Source: Pseudomonadota bacterium
GTDB taxonomy: Bacteria; Pseudomonadota; Alphaproteobacteria; Sphingomonadales; Sphingomonadaceae
Reading direction: 5' to 3'
Length of the DNA: 64,000 bases
Assembly: GCA_023445495.1 (NCBI GenBank)
Contig: JAEXLC010000180.1
Coordinates: 805-64,804, forward strand
A program made the position numbers and the translations under genes. Of this stretch, positions 45,408 through 55,093 are shown one piece after another (positions within the stretch are counted from its first letter, which is position 1; each line of letters opens with the position of its first letter). The notes beneath the pieces were generated by a model, which did not search any database, had not been told where the DNA came from, and worked only from the letters and a program-made list of their open reading frames with translations.

Positions 45408-46448
45408 ATGCCGCTTCTCGCCTGGTTCGCCTACCTGCTCGCGCTGATCGCCGCGCCCGCTGCCGCCAGCAGCACGCTGGAGCGCGGCACGATCGACGCC
45501 GCCAGCCTTCGCGGCAATGCCGCCGGCCTGCCGAGCGCCCGTAGCGTCACCGTCTATCTGCCTGACGGCTATGCGACCGACCCGAAGCAGCGCTTCCCGG
45601 TGCTCTATTACCTGACCAGCTTCTTCGAGGACGACCGGGCACCCTGGACGAACAACGGCGCGCAGGCGCTGCTCGACCGGGCGATCGGCCGCAAGGTGAT
45701 CGGCCCGGCGATCGTCGTGACGGTCGACTGCACCACGCCCGCCGGCGGCTCCTGGTACGTCAACTCGCTGGTGACTGGGAACTGGGAGGATTTCGTCAGC
45801 CGCGAGCTCGTCGCCTGGATCGACCGGCGGTACCGCACCCGCGCCGTGGCGGACTCGCGCGGCATCGCAGGCGACCGGATGGGCGGGCACGGCGCGATCC
45901 GGCTGGCGATGCGGCATCCGGAGGTCTTCGGCGCGGTCTATGCGCTGCATCCGATCGGCATGGGACCGGGGGTGCAGACCATGTTCTCGCGGCCCAACTG
46001 GCAGCTGCTCCAGGACGCCAGGGGGTTCGAGGACCTGCGCAGCGACGGCTTCTCGCTGATCTTCACGTCGATCTTCCAGGCGCACCTGCCGAGCGCGAGC
46101 CGGGCGCCGCTGTTCTTCGATCCACCGGCGCGGCTGGTCGCGGGCAAGTTGGAGGTGGATGCGGCGCTGACCGAGAAGCTCAACGCCAGCTTCTTCCTCG
46201 AGCGGCAGGTGGCCGCGCATGCCGGCAATCTCAAGCTATTGCGCGGCTTCATGTTCGACTGGGCGCGGGGCGATACCAACCCCGATCACATCGTCTCGCT
46301 CCAGGCCTTCACGCGCGCGCTCGACGTGTTTGGCGTACCCTACGAAGCGGAGGAATATCGCGGCGGCTGGGGCGAGCGTCACTGGGGCGAAGACGGGCGC
46401 ATCTACACCGAGATGCTGCCGTTCTTCGCTCGGACGCTGGTGTTCTAG
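45408..46448 (+). CDS. esterase-D/putative-esterase fold protein lacking the nucleophile serine
   Basis: Signal peptide and RFPVLYYLTS. The nucleophile elbow reads GDRMGGHGA where the family has GHSMGGHGA. SD GGGAGAG. Confidence 0.85.
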   Translation: MPLLAWFAYLLALIAAPAAASSTLERGTIDAASLRGNAAGLPSARSVTVYLPDGYATDPKQRFPVLYYLTSFFEDDRAPWTNNGAQALLDRAIGRKVIGPAIVVTVDCTTPAGGSWYVNSLVTGNWEDFVSRELVAWIDRRYRTRAVADSRGIAGDRMGGHGAIRLAMRHPEVFGAVYALHPIGMGPGVQTMFSRPNWQLLQDARGFEDLRSDGFSLIFTSIFQAHLPSASRAPLFFDPPARLVAGKLEVDAALTEKLNASFFLERQVAAHAGNLKLLRGFMFDWARGDTNPDHIVSLQAFTRALDVFGVPYEAEEYRGGWGERHWGEDGRIYTEMLPFFARTLVF

Positions 46449-46489
46449 ATGGCGTGGAAAATCCGCGCTCGCATTGCCGCATGTCCCTC

Positions 46490-46575
46490 GTCACCCTGAT
46501 CTTGTTTCAGGGTCCAACGCTCCACATGCCGTGTCGCGGGTGGAAAGTTGGATGCTGAAACAAGTTCAGCATGAC
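46490..46575. repeat. 86-nt nested-palindrome element, family A copy 2
   Basis: Same termini as copy 1 (GTCACCCTGA...GTTCAGCATGAC). Lies between convergent esterase-like and M17 genes. Confidence 0.85.
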
Positions 46576-46596
46576 GAGCGCATGTGCTGATCCGTA

Positions 46597-47997
46597 TTAC
46601 TTCGCGTAGCGGTCCTTGAGCACCTTCCACACGGCGCGCAGGCTCACTGCTTCGGCGCCCTTGGGGCGGCCGGGCTTGTGGCTGCCGTTCCAGCAGAAGA
46701 TGTCGAGATGCGCCCACTGGGCCTTCTCCGGCACGAACTCCTTGAGGAACAGCGCGGCGGTCAGCGCGCCGCCGAACGGTGCTTCGGCCGCGTTGACCAT
46801 GTCGGCAACGTCGGACTTCAGCATTTCCTTGTACGGATCGTAGAGCGGCAGGCGCCACATCGGATCCGCCTCGGTCTCCGCCGCGGCCATCAGCTCGCTC
46901 GCCAGCGTGTCGTCATTGGCGAACAGCGCCTGGAGATCGGCGCCGAGGGCAACGCGAGCGGCGCCGGTGAGCGTCGCATAGTCGATCACCAGCTCGGGGG
47001 CCTTTTCCTCGGCCTTGGTCAGCGCATCGGCGAGGATCAGGCGCCCCTCGGCATCGGTGTTGCTGTTCTCGACCGTGATGCCCTTGCGCGAGCGCATGAT
47101 GTCGCCCGGGCGGGTGGCCTCGCCGTTGATCGAGTTCTCGACCGCGGGGACGAGCATGTGCAGCCGCACCGGCAGGCGCGACGACATGATGAGCTCGGCG
47201 GTGGCCATCGCATGCGCTGCGCCGCCCATGTCCTTCTTCATCAGGCGCATGCCCGAGGCCGGCTTGATGTCGAGGCCGCCCGAATCGAAGCAGACGCCCT
47301 TGCCGATGATCGCGACCTTCGGATGCTCGGGATTGCCCCATTCGATCTCGATCAGGCGCGGCTCGCGGCCCTTGCCGGCGGCCTTGCCGACCGCCCAGAG
47401 CAGGCCATAGCCCTTTTCGACCTCGTCGCCCTTCACGACGCTGAGCTGCCCGCCATAGGCCTTGACCAGATCGGCGGCGGCGGCCTCGAGATCGGCCGGG
47501 CCCATGTCGTTGGCGCCGGTGTTGATCCGGTCGCGCAGTTTGTAAGTGGCATTGGCGATGCGGACGGCTTCCTCGATCCGCGCGACATCGGTGGTGAGCA
47601 GCACGCGCGCGCCGGTCGGCGCCTTCTCGTCCTTCTTGTAGGTATCGAACTTGTACTGGGCGACGAGCCAGCCATGGATCGCCTTGCCGGGCTCGACGCC
47701 CTCGACGCGGTAGGCGCCCTCGGGCAGCGTCTCGGCGAGCTTGGCCAGGCACCAGGGCGAAAGCTTCTCGGCATTGGCGACCACCGTCACCACCGACCAG
47801 TCCTCGGGCCCTTCGCCGGGCAGGATCGCGCTCGAATAGGCGCTGGGCGCCAGCTTCTGCGCGGCGGCCGCGGTGCGGTGGCGCGGCGGCTGGGCATTGA
47901 GCCAGGCGTCGAAGCCCTTGGCGTCGATCACGTGGATGGTGCGGGCGGACTGGCCCTTGTCGGGCTGAACGAGCGTGTTGGGATCAGGCATGTGCAT
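46597..47997 (-). CDS. M17 leucyl aminopeptidase family protein
   Basis: 466 aa with signature NTDAEGRL. Confidence 0.9.
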   Translation of the reverse strand: MHMPDPNTLVQPDKGQSARTIHVIDAKGFDAWLNAQPPRHRTAAAAQKLAPSAYSSAILPGEGPEDWSVVTVVANAEKLSPWCLAKLAETLPEGAYRVEGVEPGKAIHGWLVAQYKFDTYKKDEKAPTGARVLLTTDVARIEEAVRIANATYKLRDRINTGANDMGPADLEAAAADLVKAYGGQLSVVKGDEVEKGYGLLWAVGKAAGKGREPRLIEIEWGNPEHPKVAIIGKGVCFDSGGLDIKPASGMRLMKKDMGGAAHAMATAELIMSSRLPVRLHMLVPAVENSINGEATRPGDIMRSRKGITVENSNTDAEGRLILADALTKAEEKAPELVIDYATLTGAARVALGADLQALFANDDTLASELMAAAETEADPMWRLPLYDPYKEMLKSDVADMVNAAEAPFGGALTAALFLKEFVPEKAQWAHLDIFCWNGSHKPGRPKGAEAVSLRAVWKVLKDRYAK

Positions 47998-48123
47998 TGA
48001 TCTAGGTAATGGCGGCGACGAGGGCTAGCCCCCTCGCGGCACATGAATTTTCGTTCATCAAGGAACCGTCTCGTTTCGCAACCGGTTTCCCGAAGGTCCG
48101 CAAGCACCTCCGGGGAGAGACCG

Positions 48124-50589
48124 ATGACCGACACCCGCTATGAAGGGGAGCGCATCCCCTATCTCGAGCCGGTGGAGGAGGTGCCCCGACCGCGCTGGAG
48201 CATCGCCGCGATCATCGTCGGCGCGCTGCTGGTCCTGATCGGCTTGCCGATCGCGGTGGGTGGTGCTTACCTGATCTCGCTGGGCGGATCCTTCTACTAT
48301 CTGATCGCCGGGGCGCTGATGACCTGGTCGGGCGTGCTGCTGATCCGCGGGCGGATGAGCGGCGGCTGGATCTATCTCGCGCTTGTCGTCGCGACGATCC
48401 TCTGGGCGTGGTGGGAAGTGGGCGCCAATCCCTGGGCGCAGGTGCCGCGCGTCATCGCGCCGGTGGTGCTCGCCATTCCCGTGATCCTGATCCTGCCGAC
48501 GCTCACCCGCTCGGCCGGCCGGTGGCGGCTGGCGCTGGGCGGGGTGATCGTGGCGCTGGTGCTGACCGGTATCAACTTCTGGGTAGCGATCGCCGGCCAG
48601 CCCAACCCGGTGCTGGCCGCGCTGCCCGCGCCGGGCACCGCCGGGATGCTCGATCCCTCGGGCCAGCAGACCGGCGCCGACTGGCCGGTCTATGGCGGCA
48701 CCGCCAGCGCTCGCCGCTATTCGCCGCTCGTCCAGATCACTCCGGCCAATGTCTCGAAGCTCAGGCAGGCGTGGCTCACCCATACCGGCGACCTGCCCAG
48801 GTCGGAGATGATCCTGAAGACCTATGGCGCGGAGAACACCCCGCTAAAGGTGGGTGACAGCCTCTATATCTGCACGCCGAAGAACATCCTGCTCTCGCTC
48901 GATGCGGCCACGGGCATGGAGAAGTGGCGCTACGATCCCAAGGTGCCGGATAGCGCGATCCCGTACACCGCAGCCTGTCGCGGGGTGGTCTATTACGCGG
49001 TACCCAACGCGCCGGCGGACCAGCCCTGCGCCACCCGGATCATCGAGGGCACGCTCGACGCGCGGCTGGTCGCGGTGGACGCGAAGAACGGCCGGCCCTG
49101 CGTCGATTTCGGCACCAATGGCCAGGTCGATGCCAAACAGGGCATGGGCAAGGTGCCGGACGGCTTCGTCTCGATCAACTCGCCGCCCACGCTGGTCCGC
49201 GGGGTGCTGGTCACCGGACACCAGGTGCTCGACGGGCAGGAGCGCTGGGCGCCCTCGGGCGTGATCCAGGGCTTCGACGCCGTCACCGGCAAGCTGCGCT
49301 GGGCCTGGGACATGATGCACCCGAGCTGGAATGGCGCGCCGCCGGCGGGCCAGGAATGGGCGCGCGGCACGCCGAACATGTGGACGCTGGCGAGCGGCGA
49401 CGAGCAGCTTGGTCTGGTCTATCTGCCGATGGGCAATGCCGCGGCCGATTATTATTCGTCGCTGCGCCGGCCCGAGGAGAATTTCTACGCGACGTCGCTG
49501 GTCGCGCTCGACGTGACTACCGGTAAACCGAGGTGGCGCTTCCAGGCGGTGCGCAACGATGTGTGGGACTATGATTTCGGCGCACAGGCGACGCTGGTCG
49601 ACTATAAGGGCGCGCCGGCGCTGGTGCTGCCGTCCAAGCAGGGCGACATCTACATCCTCGACCGCCGTACCGGCCAGCCGCTCACGCCGGTCGGCGAGAT
49701 GAAGGTGCCGGGCGGCGGCGTCGAGCCGCAGCAGCGCGCCGCCACCCAGCGCGTCTCGCTCTGGCATACGCTCCGGAAGCCCGACCTGACCGAGCGTGAC
49801 ATGTGGGGCATGTCGCCGATCGACCAGCTGATCTGCCGCATCCAGTTCCGCCGGGCGAGCTACAAGGGCTTCTTCACTCCGCCCGAGGCGACACGCCGCT
49901 CGATCGAATATCCCGGCTATAATGGCGGCACCGATTGGGGTGGCGTCGCGGTCGACCCGCAGCGCGGGGTGATCGTCGCCAATTATAACGACATGCCCAA
50001 TTATGTGCGCCTCGTGCCGCGTGCCGAGGCGGACAGGAAAGGCTGGGCGCCGCGCGACCAGGCGCGGGGCAAGATCGGCGGCAATGAGGGCGCGGGCGAC
50101 CCGCAGGCGCACACGCCCTATGCGATCGACGTCAATGCCGGCTGGCGCAACAAGTTCTGGCCGTTCGACGGACCCAAGTCCGAAGGCACGGGCATGCTGT
50201 GCAAGCAGCCACCCTATGGCGGGATCCGCGCGATCGACATGGCGACGGGCAAGACGATCTGGGACCGTCCTCTGGGCGAGGCGCGGACCAACGGGCCGTT
50301 CGGCATTCCCTCGCATCTGCCGATCACGATCGGCACGCCGAACAATGGCGGATCGGTGGTGACCGCGGGCGGGCTGATCTTCGTGGCGGCGGCTACCGAC
50401 AATCTGATCCGCGCGATCGACCTCAAGACCGGCAAGACGCTGTGGAAGGCGGTGCTCCCCGCCGGAGGCCAGGCGACGCCGATCACCTATGAGGCGAACG
50501 GAAGGCAGTATCTCGTGATCTATGCCGGCGGGCACCACTTCATGGAGACGCCGGTGGGGGACGAGGTGGTGGCGTACGCGCTGCCGTGA
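48124..50589 (+). CDS. membrane-bound PQQ-dependent glucose/quinate-type dehydrogenase
   Basis: Five N-terminal TM helices then an eight-bladed propeller pattern with W-rich repeats. Start set at the ATG with SD GGGGAGAG. Confidence 0.92.
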   Translation: MTDTRYEGERIPYLEPVEEVPRPRWSIAAIIVGALLVLIGLPIAVGGAYLISLGGSFYYLIAGALMTWSGVLLIRGRMSGGWIYLALVVATILWAWWEVGANPWAQVPRVIAPVVLAIPVILILPTLTRSAGRWRLALGGVIVALVLTGINFWVAIAGQPNPVLAALPAPGTAGMLDPSGQQTGADWPVYGGTASARRYSPLVQITPANVSKLRQAWLTHTGDLPRSEMILKTYGAENTPLKVGDSLYICTPKNILLSLDAATGMEKWRYDPKVPDSAIPYTAACRGVVYYAVPNAPADQPCATRIIEGTLDARLVAVDAKNGRPCVDFGTNGQVDAKQGMGKVPDGFVSINSPPTLVRGVLVTGHQVLDGQERWAPSGVIQGFDAVTGKLRWAWDMMHPSWNGAPPAGQEWARGTPNMWTLASGDEQLGLVYLPMGNAAADYYSSLRRPEENFYATSLVALDVTTGKPRWRFQAVRNDVWDYDFGAQATLVDYKGAPALVLPSKQGDIYILDRRTGQPLTPVGEMKVPGGGVEPQQRAATQRVSLWHTLRKPDLTERDMWGMSPIDQLICRIQFRRASYKGFFTPPEATRRSIEYPGYNGGTDWGGVAVDPQRGVIVANYNDMPNYVRLVPRAEADRKGWAPRDQARGKIGGNEGAGDPQAHTPYAIDVNAGWRNKFWPFDGPKSEGTGMLCKQPPYGGIRAIDMATGKTIWDRPLGEARTNGPFGIPSHLPITIGTPNNGGSVVTAGGLIFVAAATDNLIRAIDLKTGKTLWKAVLPAGGQATPITYEANGRQYLVIYAGGHHFMETPVGDEVVAYALP

Positions 50590-50597
50590 ACAGCTTC

Positions 50598-50683
50598 GTC
50601 ATGCTGAACTTGTTTCAGCATCCAACCCTCCACCAGCGATACGGCCCGTGGAGGGTTGGACCCTGAAACGAGTTCAGGGTGAC
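50598..50683. repeat. 86-nt nested-palindrome element, family A copy 3 (inverted)
   Basis: The reverse complement aligns end to end with copies 1 and 2. The central stem CCAACCCTCCAC/GTGGAGGGTTGG is perfect. Confidence 0.85.
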
Positions 50684-50727
50684 GGCGGAAGTAGGCAGGG
50701 TTCGGAGCGTCGCAACTTAGGCCACGG

Positions 50728-51630
50728 TCAGGAAGGCAGACCCTTCACATAGTCGATGAACGCCCGGAGCGGCGCCGGCACCAATCGTCGCCCGGGATAA
50801 TAGAAGAACGGCCCGGGGAAGCTCTCCCACCAATCCTCCAGCACTGGCGACAGCGCGCCGCTGGCGAAGCTCGGCTTCAGCCAGTCCTCGAACAGGCAGA
50901 CGATGCCGCCGCCCGCCGCCGCGACATCGAGCAACAGGTCGATCGCGCTGCCGACGGTGACGATCAGCGCCGGCGGCGGCTCTACCACCAGGATCTCGCC
51001 GTCCTTCTCGAACTCCCAGGGGATCAGCCGTCCGCTCTCGAACCGGCCGCGCAGGCAGCGATGGTTCAGCAGGTCGCGCGGATGCTCCGGCGTGCCATGC
51101 GCTGCCAGATAGGCGGGAGAGGCGGCCGCCGCGAAGCGCTGGACGCGCGGGCCGATCGGCACCGCGATCATGTCCTGCTCCAGTCGCTCGTCATAGCGGA
51201 TGCCGGCGTCGCAGCCGGCGGCGAGCAGGTCGACGAAATTGTCCTGCGCGACGATCTCGACCTGGATGTCGGGATAGGCGGCGAGGAAGCCCGGCAGGAT
51301 CGCCGGCAGCACGATCCGCGCCGCGCCGATCGGCACGTTGAGCTTGAGCGTGCCCGCCGGCCGGTCGCGGAAGATGTTGACCACGTCGAGCGCCGCCGCG
51401 ACTTCGCCCAGCGCCGGGCCGAGCCGCTCGATCAGCCGCGCGCCCGCCTCGGTCGGCGCGACGCTGCGGGTGGTGCGGTTGAGCAGGCGGACGCCCAGCC
51501 TTGCCTCCAGCCGCCGGACCGCCTCGCTGAGCCCCGATGCGCTGGCACCGGTCGCCCGCGCGGCATCGCGGAAGCCGCCGGCCCGGGCGACGGAGAGAAA
51601 GGCGTTCAATTCGCCGAGGTCGAGATCCAT
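50728..51630 (-). CDS. LysR family transcriptional regulator
   Basis: N-terminal HTH (LNAFLSVARAGGFRDAARATGASASGLSEAVRRLE) and a substrate-binding domain. Divergent from an aldo/keto reductase gene. Confidence 0.92.
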   Translation of the reverse strand: MDLDLGELNAFLSVARAGGFRDAARATGASASGLSEAVRRLEARLGVRLLNRTTRSVAPTEAGARLIERLGPALGEVAAALDVVNIFRDRPAGTLKLNVPIGAARIVLPAILPGFLAAYPDIQVEIVAQDNFVDLLAAGCDAGIRYDERLEQDMIAVPIGPRVQRFAAAASPAYLAAHGTPEHPRDLLNHRCLRGRFESGRLIPWEFEKDGEILVVEPPPALIVTVGSAIDLLLDVAAAGGGIVCLFEDWLKPSFASGALSPVLEDWWESFPGPFFYYPGRRLVPAPLRAFIDYVKGLPS

Positions 51631-51727
51631 TGTTCGAAATTCCGCACAGCCCGTGCAGATTGTGCCTGATTATCGCGCGATGCCGCAAGCATTAGATGGG
51701 TGTCGTGCTTTTCGAAGGAGTTTCGAC

Positions 51728-52588
51728 ATGACCGACTTCCCGATGACCTATCAGCTCGGCGACCGCGTGGTGAACCGCGTCGGCTATGGCGCGATGCAGC
51801 TTGCCGGCCCCGGCGTGTTCGGCCCGCCCAAGGATCATGACCAGGCGATCGCGGTGCTGCGCGAGGCGGTTGCCTCGGGCGTCAACCATATCGACACCAG
51901 CGATTTCTACGGCCCGCACGTCACCAACCGGCTGATCCGCGAAGCGCTGCATCCCTATCCGGACGACCTCGTCATCGTCACCAAGGTCGGCGCGCGGCGC
52001 GGCGACGATGCTTCCTGGCTGCCGGCCTGGACGCCCGACGAGATCGAGGCAGCGATCCACGACAATCTCGCCAATCTGGGGCTCGAGGCGATCGACGTGG
52101 TCAATTTGCGCATCATGGGCGACATTCACGCGCCCAGCGAGGGCCCGATCGCGCCGCAGTTCGAGCGGCTGGCGCGCCTGCGCGAGCAGGGGTTGATCCG
52201 CCATCTCGGGCTGAGCAACGCGACTGCGAAGCAGGTCGAGGACGCGCGCAGCATCGCGCCGGTGGTCTGCGTGCAGAACCAGTACAATCTAGCGCACCGC
52301 GAGGATGAGGCGCTGCTGGAGACTCTGGCCGAGGCGGGCATCGCCTATGTGCCGTTCTTTCCGCTGGGCGGCTTCTCGCCGATCCAGTCGGGCACGCTCG
52401 ACACGGTGGCGAAGGGGCTGGGCGCCACGCCGATGCAGGTCGCGCTGGCCTGGCTGCTCCAGCATTCGCCGAACCTGCTGCTGATCCCGGGTACCTCATC
52501 GCTCGGCCATCTGCGCGAGAACCTCGCGGTGCGGGATCTGGTGCTGCCGGCAGAGGCAGTGCGCGTGCTGGACGGGATCGCCCAATAA
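51728..52588 (+). CDS. aldo/keto reductase
   Basis: 286 aa with GYGAMQL and GVNHIDTSDFYGP. Start at the ATG giving MTDFPMTYQLG. Confidence 0.92.
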   Translation: MTDFPMTYQLGDRVVNRVGYGAMQLAGPGVFGPPKDHDQAIAVLREAVASGVNHIDTSDFYGPHVTNRLIREALHPYPDDLVIVTKVGARRGDDASWLPAWTPDEIEAAIHDNLANLGLEAIDVVNLRIMGDIHAPSEGPIAPQFERLARLREQGLIRHLGLSNATAKQVEDARSIAPVVCVQNQYNLAHREDEALLETLAEAGIAYVPFFPLGGFSPIQSGTLDTVAKGLGATPMQVALAWLLQHSPNLLLIPGTSSLGHLRENLAVRDLVLPAEAVRVLDGIAQ

Positions 52589-52593
52589 CCTTC

Positions 52594-52660
52594 ATCCCGG
52601 CGAAAGCCGGGATCTCGTGCCGTATCGCGCCTTCGCCTGAGATCCCGGCTTTCGCCGGGA
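52594..52660. repeat. family B inverted hairpin pair (ATCCCGGCGAAAGCCGGGATC ... GATCCCGGCTTTCGCCGGGA)
   Basis: Arms at 52594-52614 and 52641-52660. Lies between convergent genes. Confidence 0.8.
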
Positions 52661-52666
52661 GGACGA

Positions 52667-53575
52667 TCAGTGGGCCTTCACCTTCGGGGCGCACAGCGCC
52701 AGCGCGTGATCGATCATGAAGCTCAGGCGATCGCGGGCAAGCGCGAGCTCGGCCGGGTCCAGTCCCCGGTCGAGCGTCTCGAAGTTGAGATAGCTGAGCC
52801 CGTGGAGCACGGCATAGTTGGAGAGCGATCCGTCGCTGGTCACCACGCGCTCCTGCACCACGTTGAAGTCCGCGCCGACCATCGCGTCGCGGCAAAAGGC
52901 GTCGCTCGGCTGGTTGCGGGCGAGATAGGTGGCGAAGGCGACGGTATCGTCATCATCGAAGGGCCAGGCCTTCGACACCGAGGGGCTGGGGTTGAGTGTG
53001 TCGTCGCAATAGCGAATCGAGATGATCCCGCTGCCTTCCGGGTCGCCCTTGTTGCAGCGCGAACCCGCCGTCTCGAAGCCCTTGGCATTGGTGTGCAAGG
53101 CTATGATCGGCCAGGCGCCCTTCGTTAGATCGGCCAGGATGTTATGGGCATAGCCGGGCAGGGCGGTATCGAAGTTGCGGTTGGGGTCGATCGGCTTGCC
53201 GTAATCGACTGCCCGGTTGTAGCGGACGCCGTCATTGCCCGGGGAGATGCCCGAATCCACCGCGATCAGCACCCCGCCATATTTACGCAGCGCGGCTAGC
53301 CCGGCCTCGAACCCGGCATTCTCATTATCATGCGGCACGAAGAACAGCGGGCCCTTGGGATGCCTCACATTGGCGATCCGCCACAGCCGCCAGGGCGCTC
53401 GCTCTTCGCGGAACGTCAGCTCCGAGACGTGCAGGCCTTTCCACTCGGCCGGATCGCGGTGCCGGGCGAAGTCATCGTCCTGCACGGTGAGCGGATCGAC
53501 CGGCTTTACCGTCACGGCATCGGGCGCGGGGCTGGCGCTGAACAGCGCGGCGGCGGCGAAGGCGAAGAGGCGCAT
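52667..53575 (-). CDS. secreted M14/AstE-AspA-like zinc hydrolase (inferred)
   Basis: 302 aa with a signal peptide. HDNE (HxxE), DPNRNF and a later ALHTN match the zinc-carboxypeptidase-like ligand pattern. The ATG overlaps the upstream stop (TGATG). Confidence 0.7.
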   Translation of the reverse strand: MRLFAFAAAALFSASPAPDAVTVKPVDPLTVQDDDFARHRDPAEWKGLHVSELTFREERAPWRLWRIANVRHPKGPLFFVPHDNENAGFEAGLAALRKYGGVLIAVDSGISPGNDGVRYNRAVDYGKPIDPNRNFDTALPGYAHNILADLTKGAWPIIALHTNAKGFETAGSRCNKGDPEGSGIISIRYCDDTLNPSPSVSKAWPFDDDDTVAFATYLARNQPSDAFCRDAMVGADFNVVQERVVTSDGSLSNYAVLHGLSYLNFETLDRGLDPAELALARDRLSFMIDHALALCAPKVKAH

Positions 53576-54981
53576 CAGTCCCTCGGCTGGATCAGGAACT
53601 GCTCGAACAGTCCGGTCGCGCCCGGCTCGGCATAGGTGATCGCGATCAGCTTTTGCCCCTTGGCGAAGTTGATGCTGTAGTTGCGATTGACGAACCCGCC
53701 GCGCAGCCGTGGCTTGCCGAGCGCGGTGAAGCTCACCGGATCGCCGAGCGGGGCGAGGCTCTGGTGATAATCCTCGGTCGCCTGGGGCGTGAAATAATAG
53801 GCGGCGTTCTCGGTCAGCCGGCCGCGATCGAGCGTGCCGTTGCGGAGCTGGTCGAACACCTTGCGCGCGAGCTGGTCGCGCTGCTGGTCGAGGCTGAGCG
53901 CGACCGGCGGGGGCGAGCCCTCGGGGACCAGCAGGTCGGTAATCCCGCCGGTGATCGCATCCTGCGCGCCGCCGAAATCGGCATTGACCAGCGCGACCAC
54001 CGCGAAGCGTTTGGCCGGGATCACATAATTGTCCGAGAGGAAGCCGACGGCCTCGCCGCCATGCTCGACGCTGCGATCCATGCCGCGGCTGCCGACCGAG
54101 ACGCCGAGCCCGTACGGCACATAGTTGCCATCGTTGAGCCGGACCGGGGTTTCCTGCGCGTCCCAGTCCTCGGTGCTCAGGATCTTGCGGTCGATGCGGG
54201 CGATGTCCCATTTGGCGAGATCGCTCGCCGACATGGCAAGCTCGCCCGCTGCCCAGAGCCAGCCCGGCGCGGCGGGCTTGGCAGCGCGGACGGGACCGAG
54301 CGCGAAGCGGTGATTGCCCTGGGGGAAGCCCTTGCCCACCGCGATGTCCTGGTCGATCGCATCGATGCCGAGCGGCTTGAAGATCTTCGCCTTGAGATAG
54401 TCGAGCAGCTTCATGCCCGAAGCCTTCTCGATAATCATACCGGCGACCACATAGCCGGTGTTCGAATATTGCCAGGCCGCGCCGGGCCGGAAGTCGAGCG
54501 GCTTCTTCGCCCAGCGATCGAGGATCTGTTGCGGCGTCACCGGCTTCGACATCGCCGCGAAGTCATAGTCCTGCGGCCAATAGTCCTGGATGCCGGCAGT
54601 GTGGCTCAGCAGCTGGCGAATGGTGATCTGATCGGCATCGGTGATGTCCGGCACCCATTTCGACACCTTGTCGTCGAGGCTGAGCTTGCCTTCGTCCTCG
54701 AGCAGCAGGATCGCCGCGGCAGTGAACTGCTTGGAGATCGAGGCGATCTGGTATTTCGCCGCCGGGCTGGTCGCCTTCATCCCCGGGCCCTGGTCACCAT
54801 AGGCCTTGGCGAAGACGATCTTGCCGTCGCGCACGATCGCGACCGAGGCGGAGGGGACGCCGGAGGATTTGAGCGCATCGGCGACGATTGTGTCGACCTT
54901 GGCGGTCTCGTCGGCGCTGAGCTGCTGCGCGGCGGCCGGCGTAGCGATCAGAAGGGCGGCGGCGAGGGCGGAACGGAACAT
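53575..54981 (-). CDS. serine hydrolase, beta-lactamase/DD-peptidase family
   Basis: 468 aa with a signal peptide, SISK (SxxK) and YSNTGY (YxN). SD GGAG. Confidence 0.88.
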   Translation of the reverse strand: MFRSALAAALLIATPAAAQQLSADETAKVDTIVADALKSSGVPSASVAIVRDGKIVFAKAYGDQGPGMKATSPAAKYQIASISKQFTAAAILLLEDEGKLSLDDKVSKWVPDITDADQITIRQLLSHTAGIQDYWPQDYDFAAMSKPVTPQQILDRWAKKPLDFRPGAAWQYSNTGYVVAGMIIEKASGMKLLDYLKAKIFKPLGIDAIDQDIAVGKGFPQGNHRFALGPVRAAKPAAPGWLWAAGELAMSASDLAKWDIARIDRKILSTEDWDAQETPVRLNDGNYVPYGLGVSVGSRGMDRSVEHGGEAVGFLSDNYVIPAKRFAVVALVNADFGGAQDAITGGITDLLVPEGSPPPVALSLDQQRDQLARKVFDQLRNGTLDRGRLTENAAYYFTPQATEDYHQSLAPLGDPVSFTALGKPRLRGGFVNRNYSINFAKGQKLIAITYAEPGATGLFEQFLIQPRD

Positions 54982-55093
54982 CGGGCCTCCGGAATGGGAT
55001 CGCGCGAGCTTAGGGCTGCATCCGGCCTTCGTCACCAGTGCAGTCATTTCCGTTTCGCGTCTGGCGCTTGCCCGCAAGGCATGGTGCCCGACG

